A model generated the notes under the pieces. The model made no database searches and was not told the origin of the DNA. It saw nothing but the letters and a program-made list of their open reading frames with translations. A DNA stretch of 63,461 bases, filler included, from Choristocarpus tenellus KU-1152 (lineage: Eukaryota; Protista; Phaeophyceae), in the NCBI GenBank assembly GCA_964200185.2. It is 13 parts of 13 records of this genome, joined end to end, with 100 filler letters (N's around TTAATTAATTAA, not from the genome) between each part and the next. Parts side by side here need not be neighbours in the genome. Positions count along the whole stretch, not along the records: positions 16,410 to 30,179 come from CAXNAD020001371.1; positions 30,280 to 35,332 come from CAXNAD020012031.1; positions 35,433 to 39,104 come from CAXNAD020018591.1; 10 more parts are not named here. One strand, written 5' to 3'. Position 1 is the first letter of the stretch. Every line of letters starts with the position of its first letter. A program made the position numbers and the translations under genes. This document shows, one piece after another, positions 26,261 to 39,204 of this stretch.

Positions 26261-26352
26261 ACATTACAGATCTTGTTCCTCAAAGTACAAAACCAAGGAT
26301 CAAATCTATCAAGTAGGTACTTTTTTTGTAGAGTTTTTCGAAGTCATGTAAG

Positions 26353-26538
26353 GGCTCAAAGTATCTGGGAGGGGGTGGCGGCTGTCCATTTGGGGTCAAT
26401 TTTTTCATGTCGCAATTTTTGGGTGATTTGGTTGCGTTCGTCGGATGGATACTGTAAATAAATGCACTTCTTCTCCTGATTTCGGTCCAAATGGACACCC
26501 TGGTGTAGACCCCCCCCCCCTCCCGGATACTTTGGGTC
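26353..26538 (+). mobile_element. MITE family B, 186 bp
   Basis: TIRs ggctcaaagtatctgggaggggg ... ccccctcccggatactttgggtc; internal gtccatttgg/ccaaatggac inverted motif; homologous to 32917-33096 and 60728-60910. Confidence 0.92.
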
Positions 26539-26735
26539 AGACTTCACTTTTGATTGGAAGACGACTTGAATATATAGTGGAACTAGAATATAAAATATCG
26601 AGATAAAACAGTTCCATCGACTGTTTGCCCCTCCCTGTGGAAAAGTGGTATCGCAGTATTATTTATCAAAACCACAGAGACAGGGAACTTACCCAGCATA
26701 ATCCGTGGGCTACCAACAAACTAATTTCCTGCTCT

Positions 26736-26994
26736 GAATCAAGGTATCTTAGAGGGTAAAGCCGCGTCCATTTGGAGACCAAAATCCAATGTTACAATTT
26801 TGATGTAATCTTGACTATAATGTTCATTGGGAGATGTCAATATCCTTGTTCTGGACACTTCTTTTCATAACATACACATTTTACCTTCTCCAAAACATTT
26901 TGGAGCAGGTAAAATGTCATCAAAAACCCGTTGGAAGCAAAGCCCCAAATGGACAAACAGGGCAAAATTCGTACCCTCTACGATACTTTCACTC
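26736..26994 (+). mobile_element. MITE family A, full length
   Basis: gaatcaaggtatcttagagggta ... taccctctacgatactttcactc; collinear with 62778-63037. Confidence 0.92.
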
Positions 26995-29900
26995 AAACAT
27001 TACAGCGCGACTGCAGTCTAAGCATACTATCACAAAATAAACATAGTAAACTGTGTTTTGTAGTTATCAGATCTTTCATTCTCAAATACCTTGTATTTCA
27101 TACCCTAGACACCAATGCTAACCGTGCGCTACATTATTCCGTAACTCCCCACACTGTAAGCTTAAACGGGATCAAAGCTTCACTATTGCAACGAGCTGTA
27201 TCCCAACAGACTTGAGTTAGAAAAAAGAGGTGGCGAACTTGTTTATGGGCAAGAGTATGTCTGTTACACCCCTTAGTCTCAGATAACAGTCATTATCACA
27301 TGAAGGTGTAGTCACAGATAACAGTCATCATCACATGAAGGTGTGAAACGACCATACTGGAAATTGCTTTAGCAAGAGACCTCCCGTTGTTGTTGCAAAT
27401 GTTGACACATTGTGTATATGACCCAGACGGTTAGGCACAACTGTGTCAAACTAGCAAAAGTGTCTTGCATATCTCACTTGTTCATTTGTCCCCAGACTGT
27501 TGGATATAAATTTGAGCACTCATTCAAACCCTGTACTCACGGTATCTGCACTTCTGTCAATGCAGTACCTTCTTGTATTATCTTTTTTTGGTATTTAATT
27601 TTTCATTAGTTGTAGGAGTAATCAAAGTGTAGGGGTACCACACAGTGATACGGCCATTATGTCCTGCAACGAGTGGAAATCTCTTTGCCATTGAGTCATG
27701 TGAAAATGATAGTAAGTCAAAGAAGCAAGGGCGCTAGCCTTGAACCTTGCCCCCTCTTCCTAATGCTCCAGAATTATCAACTATTCCCTCCACTAAGTAG
27801 ACAGTCAGGATCTTACAGGAGTTCTAGAAACATGATACATTATGAAGTATGGATCAACAAGAATTTCCAGCAGTAGCAATCTAGACCTTCAACGACTAAT
27901 GGGAACATTTTAAACATACTGCGAGGGAGGGGGGAAACAGACTCGAACCATATTTCGACTACAAAAACATGATATTGGTTCATAGTCACACTTCACGCCT
28001 GCCCAAGCTTCAGAAACCTGTCTTCGACATGCTTCAGACCAAAGTGCATCCACAGTAAGGAAAACAGTCCCTCCACTATCCTCTAAAATCTATAAAGTAT
28101 AAATACTCTACACAACTTCAACAAACCTGTTGGACAGCCATCTCGTTTTCCCTATTGTCCAACATCATCACTACACTCATCAAAATTACAGCATTGCACC
28201 GAAGATTAGATTAGAGGGTAATAGTTGCACCAACGGTTTTCACTTGTGATGTGACCATGACCATACCAACTCCAGGCACTAGTAAGCAATGCACTTTCTC
28301 ACCATGTATGCATGACATGACCTGCTCCCTTGCTATGCTCTGCTTGCACAAATGTTTGAGGGATCTTGGACAAAAGATCAAGGAGGACAGTCTAGGATGC
28401 TTGGGCAGTCCCCAAGAGCCCTACCCTGTCTAAATAGTCTAGACGGTGAGTAAATGCTATCTAGCTAGTCAATGGCACCATGGAAAAACAACATCACAGC
28501 TTGCTCACACACTCTAGTCAGGTGAAACATAAACATTCAAACAGGAAAGCATATCCACATTTGAAAAAGATTGAACCCACTTGATTTACCCTCTCATCGC
28601 CCAAAGAAAGGTACCACATCAGTACCACAGCAGTACCAGACATGCAACAAACAAACAAACGCCACATATGATATCAACCAAACGTATCAAAGCACACCAT
28701 GGACAAGTCCTCAGGTTAACAACTGAGGATGCACTCACAGGTCACCAACACACAAGGAACAGACAATGAAGCACTCACAGGATACCAAGATAAGGGGATG
28801 ATCGCAACACTCTGCACAAGTTGTTCACCCCAGACCCTTCCCAACACTATCCTCACACAAGCAAGGCAATCACGTGTTGAGAGTGAATATGAACATGAGC
28901 AACAAGCAACAGGGTAACCTGAAATACAAACACTAATCAGAGCCTCCTGTCCTTTGATAACACCAAACGTGTGTATAAGATATTGAACGTCTTGCAGGCA
29001 AGTGATTGGTCAAGAAAAAAAAAAATCAAAGCCCTGCTTGAAGTGAGACTTATGGTCGGCAATAAAATAAAATGTTGTACAGCTGTTGGCAGTGGGATGG
29101 ATGCTATGGGGGTAAGACAAAGTAGGGAGTGGTATATTGTATCATATGTACAATATGTCACCTCCTCTAAGGCAATGGTTACATCACTTCAATAGTAAAA
29201 TTGCATCCACCATCCAATATTTAGGAACTCCCTCTCGGTTTCCAACGTTGACTCTAGCTTAACAGGCAAGGCTGGAATAATAAAAACTCATGCCATTCCT
29301 CCCCCTCCCAGTACACTATTTTGTGCGAACATCCTTTAATGAAGCATGGGTACTTGAACATTCTTGAAGAAATACTTGCACTCAATCTTGGTTATCCTGA
29401 TAGGAAACACATCCGCCTTCATGTGCTGGATGCAGTCAGCTGCTATTGACAACGGCCTGGTTGTAATGACAGGGCAGGAAAAAAAGAGGGCACAGAGGAA
29501 GGGCTGAGCACCCACCAACTGTGCATTCTAGAGGGTTGTCATGACCTGCGTCCAAACTTCAGAGCATGTCGAATCATGTCAAATCATGTTAAAGTATGTC
29601 AAAGAAAAGAAAAGCACAGCACAGCACAGCACAGAGAAAAAACTCGTAAACATTACAATGAGATCAGTCAAACGTTCATCTGGAGGAAGGGATCCAGGGA
29701 GAACAGACTGTGATGCTAAGATCATAACGATGCTGTGAGCAGGTCAGAAAGGATTTTTTTTTAACTGGGTCAATGTACACACCTTAAAAAAAACTTGCTT
29801 TGAAACTTTCTAATGAAGCACGGACTTCAAACAATACATATAAATATATACACATGGAATTTTGTTGCAGAAAAATGAGCAACTCATCCCCCCTTTTTTT

Positions 29901-30025
29901 AAATTTGTAAACATTATTATATTTCTTACCAGTGCATGCCTCGTTGTAAGGAATTTCAAAATAAGAATGCACATATCTATATCTATATATATATCTATAT
30001 ATTCACACAAAGTGCTTTTAGTTGA

Positions 30026-30058
30026 CCTAACCCTAACCCTAAACCTAACCCTAACCCA
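30026..30058. repeat. Interstitial telomere-type (CCCTAA/TTAGGG)n repeat
   Basis: cctaaccctaaccctaaacctaaccctaaccc; other short tracts at about 6461, 16983, 30677, 42359, 49620-49668 and 62434. Confidence 0.85.
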
Positions 30059-31586
30059 AAATGAACAACAAAAGCCATTTCTCCTACCAAATGCATTTCC
30101 AAAAAAAAAAAACTGAAAAAATCAACGTGGCACAAAAACTCTACCCAGTCTGTCACACAATAACATTCCTCCTCCCCCCNNNNNNNNNNNNNNNNNNNNN
30201 NNNNNNNNNNNNNNNNNNNNNNNTTAATTAATTAANNNNNNNNNNNNNNNNNNNNNNNNNNNNNNNNNNNNNNNNNNNNCCCAGGTACTTTGACCCACAT
30301 ACATATATAATATATATAATATATAGATATATAATATATAATATATATATATCTGACAGCCGCGCTGGCAGCAGATTCGATCAAGTGCCCATTTCTGGTT
30401 CATGGCAAGTAACACCCTCTCCTCATGGCGACGTGTTGCGGCTGGGGTCCTAGTCATTTCCCATCCGTGTGACAAATCAATTGATTACGACCTACCTACC
30501 TACCTACCTACCTACCTACCCACCTACCTGATTTCCTACCACCGCTACACCTGTTAGGTTACGAAACCTTACCCTCCTCGATACGATACGTTACGATTGC
30601 TATTGATAGGAAAGGCGAGGGTCACCAGCCAGCCCCCCCCCCCCTTGCACGCACGAGCATCAAATTAGGTTCTGCTAGGGTTAGGGTTAGGGTTAGTGCA
30701 TTAGCATTATAAGCACGTACATCTTCAACTCTCTCTCTCTCTCTCGTGTGCACACACGCACACACACACGCACACACACACGCACACACACAATTACACA
30801 AAATAATAAAAGTCAGCCCGCACGCACGCTAATGGCGTGCGATCGTCTAGAATGCACGAGGTCTCCTGCTCGCACGTGCCACCCTACCGTGCAGGAAAAA
30901 AAAGAAAAAGAAGGAAAAAGCACACGAGAAGAGACGCCTAATAAAAAACAAGAGGTTTTCCAACACCTTGGCAGGCGTTTTAATGAATTGTGTGATGTGT
31001 GTTTGGGGGGGGGGGGGTCTTTTCCCTGCGAATGGTATTATTNNNNNNNNNNTGTTTTCACATCTTTTTGGTAGTTTTTTTTAAGATTTGGTTGTTTTGT
31101 GTGGGGGGGGGGGGGGGATCTTTTCCCTGCGAATGGTATTATTTTTATTTTTATTTTTAAGTGCTTGAAGTGAGAAAAAAAAAAGGTGTTTATAAGGGCC
31201 GTTCTTACCGCTGGATCGCACCAACCGCTAAAAACAAAGTCCTGGTTGTAACCAACCAGACAAGATGACAGTATCGTAACAGCAACATGTATCATGGAGG
31301 GTTTCACAACCCTGAGAAGCGTGAGTCTCAAACGCACCATATCCTTAGCAGTAGAGATTTCTAGTATCGATTGATAGTTGCTAATGATAGATTTTTTTTG
31401 CTGTGGAGTCGAGAGTCTCGATGGTGTTTTTTTTTTCCTTCCTAAGGTGCTTCATTTTATGTGTTGGATGTTTGTTGAGAATTAAAAAAAAGTACTTCGC
31501 TTTTGATTCGAAGAGGTAATGTCACAGTCAAGGAGAGCACAGGGCAACATCACAGCAGTATCCAACAGTGTGAATAATTTTTCTTT

Positions 31587-31780
31587 TGTAGTAGCAGTAG
31601 CAGTAGTAGTGGTTGTAGTAATAGTAGTAGTGGTACTAGTAGTAGCAGTAGTAGTAGTAGTTGCAATAGTAGTAGTAGTGGTAGTAGTAGTAGTAGTATT
31701 TGTAGTAGTAGTAGAAATAGTAGTAGCATACTAGTAGTAGTGGTAGTACTAGTAGTAGTAGTAGTAATAATGCTAGTACT
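31587..31780. repeat. (GTA)n imperfect microsatellite
   Basis: Seen directly. Confidence 0.95.
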
Positions 31781-32916
31781 ATTAATGAGTCAAAGGAAGC
31801 AAGAGGTATCCAGAGTTGCATATTAAGGATGCATGTCCATTTTTTTTTCAACAAATACACGTAGTAGGGATCTTTTCTGAATTCTGTCTAAGGTCACAAA
31901 CAGAGAAATAAATCACTGCTCTCAAGTTCAAATGTACAGACTATAAATTAAAAAAAAAAAAAAAAAACATTTAAAAAAAACATCAACAAAAACAAAAAAA
32001 AGTCGATGCCTCTCAATCACTTCAACTCGCGTGGCAAGGGAGGCAGGCACCTTCCACTTTTCCCTACATGACTACACGAAAAAAAAAAAAAAAATCTGGG
32101 TGGACTGATTCTTCCAATTCCTACAGAGAGGTTTGTCTTCTGTATGAAGGGATCAACACGCAGGATGATGGTCGTGGTGATCACTGAGTTACTCAAGGGA
32201 ATAATGGGGCCGAGCGAAGCTTTCCATTCCCACACCCTGCCCAATACCGCTCTGCGTGGGGAGGTGAGAATAGACGGGTAAAGGAGGACAAGGCACGGGA
32301 CTCATCTCTTCGAAAGGGAAGGTGTAGTAGGGTTGTGTGCGGACTTCCTGCCGATTCCATGTTGATCATTCTTTCAATTTCGTAGCGCTGTGAAGCACCG
32401 TCGCCTACCACAAATGCTTCAGGGCTATACAGCTAATGGAGAGTATTATCACATGCTTCCGCCGTATTGTAAAAGAGCAGAAGAAGTGATGATCGCAACT
32501 CACCAGTTGATAGGGGCTTCAGTGTACTTTTTACGGTTTCAGAGCAGCAGTAAAGTGTCGTCTTTCTTTATTCTGCCTTTTATCTCAAATTGCGTTTCAA
32601 ACGGTGATAATAGTAACCCATTGATTGCATCTGCTAACTCTCCTATCTGGGACTCTGGTCTAACCTTGAGTACGACCCCTGCGTCAATCAAAACTGGTCA
32701 TCAACAGGTGTGGGGCAGTAACAGGTTTCTGCACCACCTCCAAGATTCTCCGAAGCCAATATGCCCACTACCTTCGAGGCGATTGAGGAGGGCAGTTGAC
32801 TTGTAGCTGTAACACTTGCCATCTACGGACCTACAAAACACCAGTCATGAAGGTTGATCGATCATGAACCATGGGGGTACACAAAGCATTCCCATCTTCT
32901 CGTACTCCAGGGCTGA

Positions 32917-33096
32917 GGTTCAAAGTATCTGGAGGGGGGGGTGGCCACTGTTCATTTGGGTCAACTTTTTCATGTCGCAGTTTTTGGGTGATTTGTTTGC
33001 ATATGTCGAGTGGACAATTTAAGAGCACTTTTCCTGGTTTTGACCCAAGTGGACACCCTGGTGTAGATGGCTCCCCCCCCCCAGATACTTTGGTTC
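32917..33096 (+). mobile_element. MITE family B, TSD TGA
   Basis: ggttcaaagtatctgg ... ccagatactttggttc flanked by tga/tga. Confidence 0.92.
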
Positions 33097-36000
33097 TGAG
33101 TTTGTCGAGAGGCTCCAGAGACTACTACAACAAGGACCTTTCATTGAGTCTTGTATCAAAATGTCAAAAAGGTTGAGCCCAAGATACATAATGTGTGTGG
33201 TACCTAGTACACCGTGCAGACAAAAAACTAGTTCATATTTGCATGGTAACGCATATCCTGTCGTGGTTGCAAACTGAACCCGGTATGCCACAGCGATGAT
33301 GCTTGGTTACAAAAAGTAAGCACGTACACCACCCTGTCATTACCAAAACGTGTGAAGACCCTCATGCATACCCTTGGTGGAGTAGAGTTATAGGTAGTCC
33401 GAGAGGGGGAAGAATCAAGGAAAGGTACGTCGTTCACGATCATAGGTGGATAGGTTGATGGTCAAGCAACTTGGCTTACGTTGGAGTTGGGAAGGTACCC
33501 AAATACAGCAACAACAACAAAAATGCTAGTCGTCCTTGGGTATAACACTAGGAGTAGTACAATGTTGATTGGAGTGAGCATCCAGAAAAATGAAAACACT
33601 TCTACCTAACAAACATTGGCAAATACCCTACATCAAAAAATCACGTCGTGGAGATTTCAGAAAGGAGGACATATGACTTGCACGTAAACCATGACCCTCT
33701 CAATCCCAGCCAGATCATGCCCTTTGACAACTTCACCTTCCGTAGTGGAATAAAGCCTTCCATCTCCACCACCTGCGACCCAGGCATGGAAATTTGCCCC
33801 CCCCCTCCTCCAGTCCCCTTGATTGGACCACCAGCAAAGGACCGGGCACCTTTGGTAGCCCTGAGAGGTGTAAAGTTGAAACCTCCTGTTCTCCCCTGTT
33901 TGGGACCCTTCCCCCCATCCCCGTTGCACCCTTCGTGTCTACTATCTGGGCCACTGCTGTGTGTCGTTGTCATGTGACCCTCAAAGTTAGTGGTGTTTGG
34001 TGATGGAAGGTGTACTAAGGGTCCGTTCGAGTGCGAACTGGTCGAGGATAAACCGAGGGAAAAAGAGGTATCTGGCTTACGATAAGGTATGACAAAGACT
34101 CCTTCCTATTTAAGTTGGCTTATGCACAAGGAAGGGTCGCACAGTATCCGGGAGCTATCAATCACAAGACAGTGCGACTCTCCCCTTTTTCCACTTCCTA
34201 GTCGCAGATCCAGCACCCACCTCATGTCTTGATAATGCAAGCGCGAAGGAAAGCTTCTCGCCACTCAAACTCGAGCACAATGGGGAGATCCCTATAAAAC
34301 CACTTATTGTGACAATATTCCACTCTTGTGAACCCCTTGCCACACGTAGTGCAGGTCTTGTGGAGATCCGTTAAGGACTTTCTCCCTTATAGTCTATAGT
34401 CCATCAGGGTTATGTCGTGATTGAGATGCGTATGGGTTCATACGACATGCTCCAAAAAAAGTCGTTTTTCATTTTCATTTTTAAACCAGTGTACGTCGCC
34501 GATTGGTCAACCAACTGACTCCTTGATGGTGACAATTCGATATTCTTGAAAGCAATCATAGCCAATGGCAGCACATCTCCCCGACCAGCATCGGAGATTT
34601 ATGAATAAACACTAAACTTCATAGGAATAAGGTCTGGTCCTTCTGTAGAATTATTAGGCGAAGTTTTATTGGAGTAACAGAAAATTCTCCCTACCAAATT
34701 TATGATCAAATTTGATGTTCGTGATTGAACCTACTGATAGCGTTGTGCCACAGTGACTGATTGAACAAGTAGTGGAAGGTAGATTGGAATAAGAGATAGG
34801 AGGGTGATTGCGTGATGAAAGCATGAATGAATTAAATAATTTGAAATTGTTCTGTCACGTGGAAGAGGGCCATTAGCCAGTCAGTCGTAACGGTCTATTT
34901 CGTAGGTTGATAACTATGAGAAGACTAATTGACAGAAATGGATAGGAGGTTGGGGAAGAATCAAATTAAAGACTAATTCTGTTGCACTCGCCTCTGGATT
35001 TGTCATGGAGATGAAGGAACCGCGTCGTAGGCAGAAACATATGCCACTCAAACAGAGTGAACGATGACTCGAACATTGTAACAATTATTCGCATATATGT
35101 GATACATGACCACCAATAGAAGCGCATGCGTGAAAGGTCAGTAGTTACAACATTAATACAGTGTGACTGAAGTACGGCATGCTATGATAACTGTCACATT
35201 TGTACCTACTACATAACTTTACCCACTCAAGACATACACTACTTAAACAACTATTCCCCGATATGGGGATGCCTCCCTATCTCCCCCTCCCGGGGCGCAG
35301 GAGTAGGTAGATGGGAAGCACAGGAAGGCAGTNNNNNNNNNNNNNNNNNNNNNNNNNNNNNNNNNNNNNNNNNNNNTTAATTAATTAANNNNNNNNNNNN
35401 NNNNNNNNNNNNNNNNNNNNNNNNNNNNNNNNCCTCTTCAATTATGCCAGTCCATCCACCCCTCCATCCTCCTTCCTTGGCAGTTTCCTTGGGCTAGCTG
35501 AGGGACTCCTTGCAGAGATAGTGGGAGGTGTGGAGGAAATAACTGCTATTGCCATGCTCCAGCAAATACTGGAATGTGACAGGGCCCGTGCTATGCTGCT
35601 GTGACTGCTGGAGGTGTGATAAGAAGATTATTTTTTCCTCTTTTTTCTTTTTTGCTCTCACTTTTTTTATCTTAAGCAAAGGAAATACACATTTTTTAAT
35701 CATTTTTTTTGCTTGCGTTTTCTGGACGCATTACCATATGTTATTAGTACTATCACAAGAAATAATCATATTTATTATAATCAACGTGCTGAGGAGTTAG
35801 TGTGTGTGTGTGTTGTGATTGTGATCTTACCGTCACTTTATATTTTAATTATGTATTGTGCTTTCATCAACTGAGACAATAAAGAATATCTGTTTTTCTA
35901 CCTCACCTTCATGTGTTTGTTATGTATGTGTTATTGGGTCAATAGGATAATTTTGCCTTCCATGGTACATATTCCTCAATATTGACATCACTTCAATTTC

Positions 36001-36787
36001 TCAATTCAAATCCAGAAAAAGAAATCTATACAAAAATAGTATTTTGTTTTGCTCACGAATTCTGGATTATTATTATTATTAACTTATTCCTTGCTTGCCA
36101 TTCCTTTTCTTCCCCATGTATTCCCTCTTCACCAGCCCATTGCAACCCCTTCGCCACTGGTTTCTATTTACTATTATAATTCACTATGTTATCATATGCT
36201 GTCTCTCTTCTTTCAGATGTGTCAGGGAGATTTCCGAACGAAAATATAAGCCACCCCTATGAACGTAGTAGTTGTCATTAATTCAAGGGATACTTCTTCA
36301 GCATCAACAATATTCTTATATTCGCATAGCGCCTTACAAACTGTGTTATCAAGTACTCCACAATAAAATCATTCATCATCATACACCTCGCCAAAACACC
36401 CTCTATTCTGTAAAGTCTGGAATTCGGTCAAGTAAGAAATATTCACAATACTCTATAGTTATCTCTTACATGAAAACTAGTCTTGGAATTGTTTCATCAG
36501 AAGAAGAGTTGTTCTCTTCTCTCCATTCACCAATAATCGACAAGACAACGATTTTAGCGTTTCGCTTTTCTCACTAATCTCGATTGGTGCTCGCAATTTC
36601 ACATCAAACACAATCGCTTTGCTCCAACTTCTACTAGACGCATTGCACCCCAAGTGACTAGTCGAAGCAAAGGACAAGTGTATACACAATTCTGGGGAGT
36701 GTGAAGAAGGTTCATCGAAATATCGCAAGAATCGCTCATGTGGACCCTCATCTTCACGCCTTTCCTCCCCCACCTCATCTTCGTGGT

Positions 36788-39104
36788 CCTCCAGGGGATC
36801 ATCACAGCAGCGTGGATTAATGCCATACCTTCCATCCTGAAAAGCGAATTTGTTGATGCCCTCTGTCAACTCGTGGCCATGCACCTCGAGAAGATAAAGA
36901 CATTCCTTCAAAGGGTAAGGACATGCCTTCAATAGTGCCTGGTGTTCATCCCCCCTCGATCCTTCCCTATGAAGTTTGATAGGTGGACCAGACCTTAAAC
37001 CAATGCCTCGCCGATGTTTATTGTCATCGTCAATGTGTTGCAGATAACATGAGGGATATCACAACCTCTGACCCGACACGCACACATTCCTTCTGACATC
37101 TGACTAGTCCTTTCCGCCAACCCCAATTGGGTTCCCCATTGGGTTCGACCATCAACAAATCCTCCTATTTTGTCAAACTCTACGTAACACGCAGGTCCTC
37201 ACTCCAATACTTCTTTCATGCCCTGAGACTTCGAACGGTCTCTCTAACGACACGTTCGGGGTGAACCAAGAAGAAGTTCAAACATCATGTAAGAATAGGA
37301 CCATCAATGTGTGGCTTCTTGCAGCACTTCGGAATATGGTTGCTGCAATAAACCCCGCTGACAACCTGTCAGAAGCACTTCGTTTAGCTAGTTCGCATGT
37401 ATCTAGAATTTGCGTGAAGGTTGAGAGCAACACCCACTCTGGGAACAATGACCTTGATGCTATCAAGGCCGACCTCTTCATATTATTGGAGACCGTGAAG
37501 AGAACCGCACAACCTCTCATAAAGTGAAGATGAATGAACTTGTCTGAGTGTTAGAGTCCCTAGGCTCATAGACGTCTTGTCGTGTATTACCACCACCGCA
37601 CTATTGAAAGTCCATGGCCCGATGATGTCTTGGTCGACAACCTCCTCTGTGTAACGTCAGCTGTGAGTCGCTCAATATCTTCACCACTCAAACGAGTCTG
37701 TACTCTTGTGAACCCCCCACATCCAACTTCCACTTTAGGCGGAGGGTGATGGGCCACTTACACTATCCCATCAATCCCTTGTCATCGAATATATTTTGCG
37801 ACAAGCAGATAAGGCCTGCAGGACGTTGTCTGGGATGACTAGCAACCAGGTGAGGCTGGCAAACTTTTGATGGTTTGAATTCTGGGTGATTCCCAAGGAC
37901 GGAAGTCTCGGTTGAGAGAGTTCTTCAAAACATTTGGTAGACCTAGTCTGTCCAACAGATTTTCAACTGGGACTTCCGTCCTTCGGAATCACCCAGAATT
38001 CAAACCATCACTAGTTTGCCAGCCTCACCTGGTTGCTAGTCATCCCAGACAACGTCCTGCAGGCCTCATCTGCTTGTCGCAAAATATCCTCCACGACAAG
38101 GGATTGGTAGGAGAGTGTGACAGGAACATCACCCTTCCTTCGCCTAAAATGGGGGTTGGTTGGACGTGGGGGGTTCAGAGGAGTACAGACTCGTTTGAGT
38201 GGTGAAGATATTGAGCGACTCACAGCAGACGTTACACAGAGGAGGTTGTCGACCAAGATATCATCGGGCCATGGACTTTCAATAGTGCGGTGGTGGTAAT
38301 ACAAGACGACACGTCTATGAGCCTAGGGTCCCCAACACTCAGACAAGTTCATTCATCCTCACTTTATGAGAGGTTGTGCGGTTCTCTTCACGGTCTCCAA
38401 CAATGTGAAGAGGTCGGCCTTGATAGCATCAAGGTCATATTACCCAGAGTGAGTCTTGCTCCCACACCTCCGTGCTAATTCTAGATACATGCGAACTAGC
38501 TAAACGAAGTGCTTCCGACAGGTTGTCAGCACCGTTTATTGCAGCAAACATATTCCGAAGTGCTGCAAGAAGCCACGCATTGATGGTCCGATTCTGAAGA
38601 GATGTTTGAACTTCTTCTTGGTTCACCCCGAACGTGTCGTTAGAGAGACCGTTCGAAGTCTCAGGGCATGAAAGAAGTATTGGAGTGAGGACCTGCGTGT
38701 TACGTACAGTTTGGCAAAATAGGAGGGTTTGTTGATGGTCGAACCCAGTGGGGAACTCAATCGGGGGTGGCAGAAAGGACGGGTCAGAGATCAGAAGGGA
38801 GGTATGCGGGTCGAGTCAGAGGTTTCAATATCCCTTGCGTCCTCCACAACACATTGACGACGACACTAAACATTGGCGAGGCATTGGTTTTAGGTTAGGT
38901 CTGATCCTCCTATCAAACTTCCTAGCACAGGACCGAGGCGGGATGAACACCAGGCACTATCGAAGGCTTGTCCTTATCCTTTGAAGAAATATCTTTATCT
39001 TCTCGAGGTGCGTAGCGACGAGTTGACAGAGGGTATCGATAAATTCCCTCGTCGGGATGGAAGGTGTGGCGTTAATCCACGCTGCTGTGATGATCCCCAG
39101 TAGG
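36788..39104. repeat. Long diverged inverted repeat (arms about 36788-37917 and 37961-39104)
   Basis: For example gaagtctcagggcatgaaagaagtattggagtgaggacctgcgtg (38655-38700) is the reverse complement of about 37190-37235; ORFs 37261-37527(+) and 38435-38626(-) encode near-identical peptides. Confidence 0.95.
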
Positions 39105-39204
39105 NNNNNNNNNNNNNNNNNNNNNNNNNNNNNNNNNNNNNNNNNNNNTTAATTAATTAANNNNNNNNNNNNNNNNNNNNNNNNNNNNNNNNNNNNNNNN
39201 NNNN

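Noticed and set aside
30026-30058. True chromosome end
   Set aside because: Only a few TTAGGG units, and similar short tracts are scattered internally and in introns.
31519-31860. Poly-Val and poly-Tyr ORFs
   Set aside because: Translations of a (GTA)n microsatellite.
32020-34730. Possible multi-exon gene on the minus strand (for example ORF 33641-33973)
   Set aside because: Coding-like patches exist, but no recognisable domain or consistent exon chain could be built.
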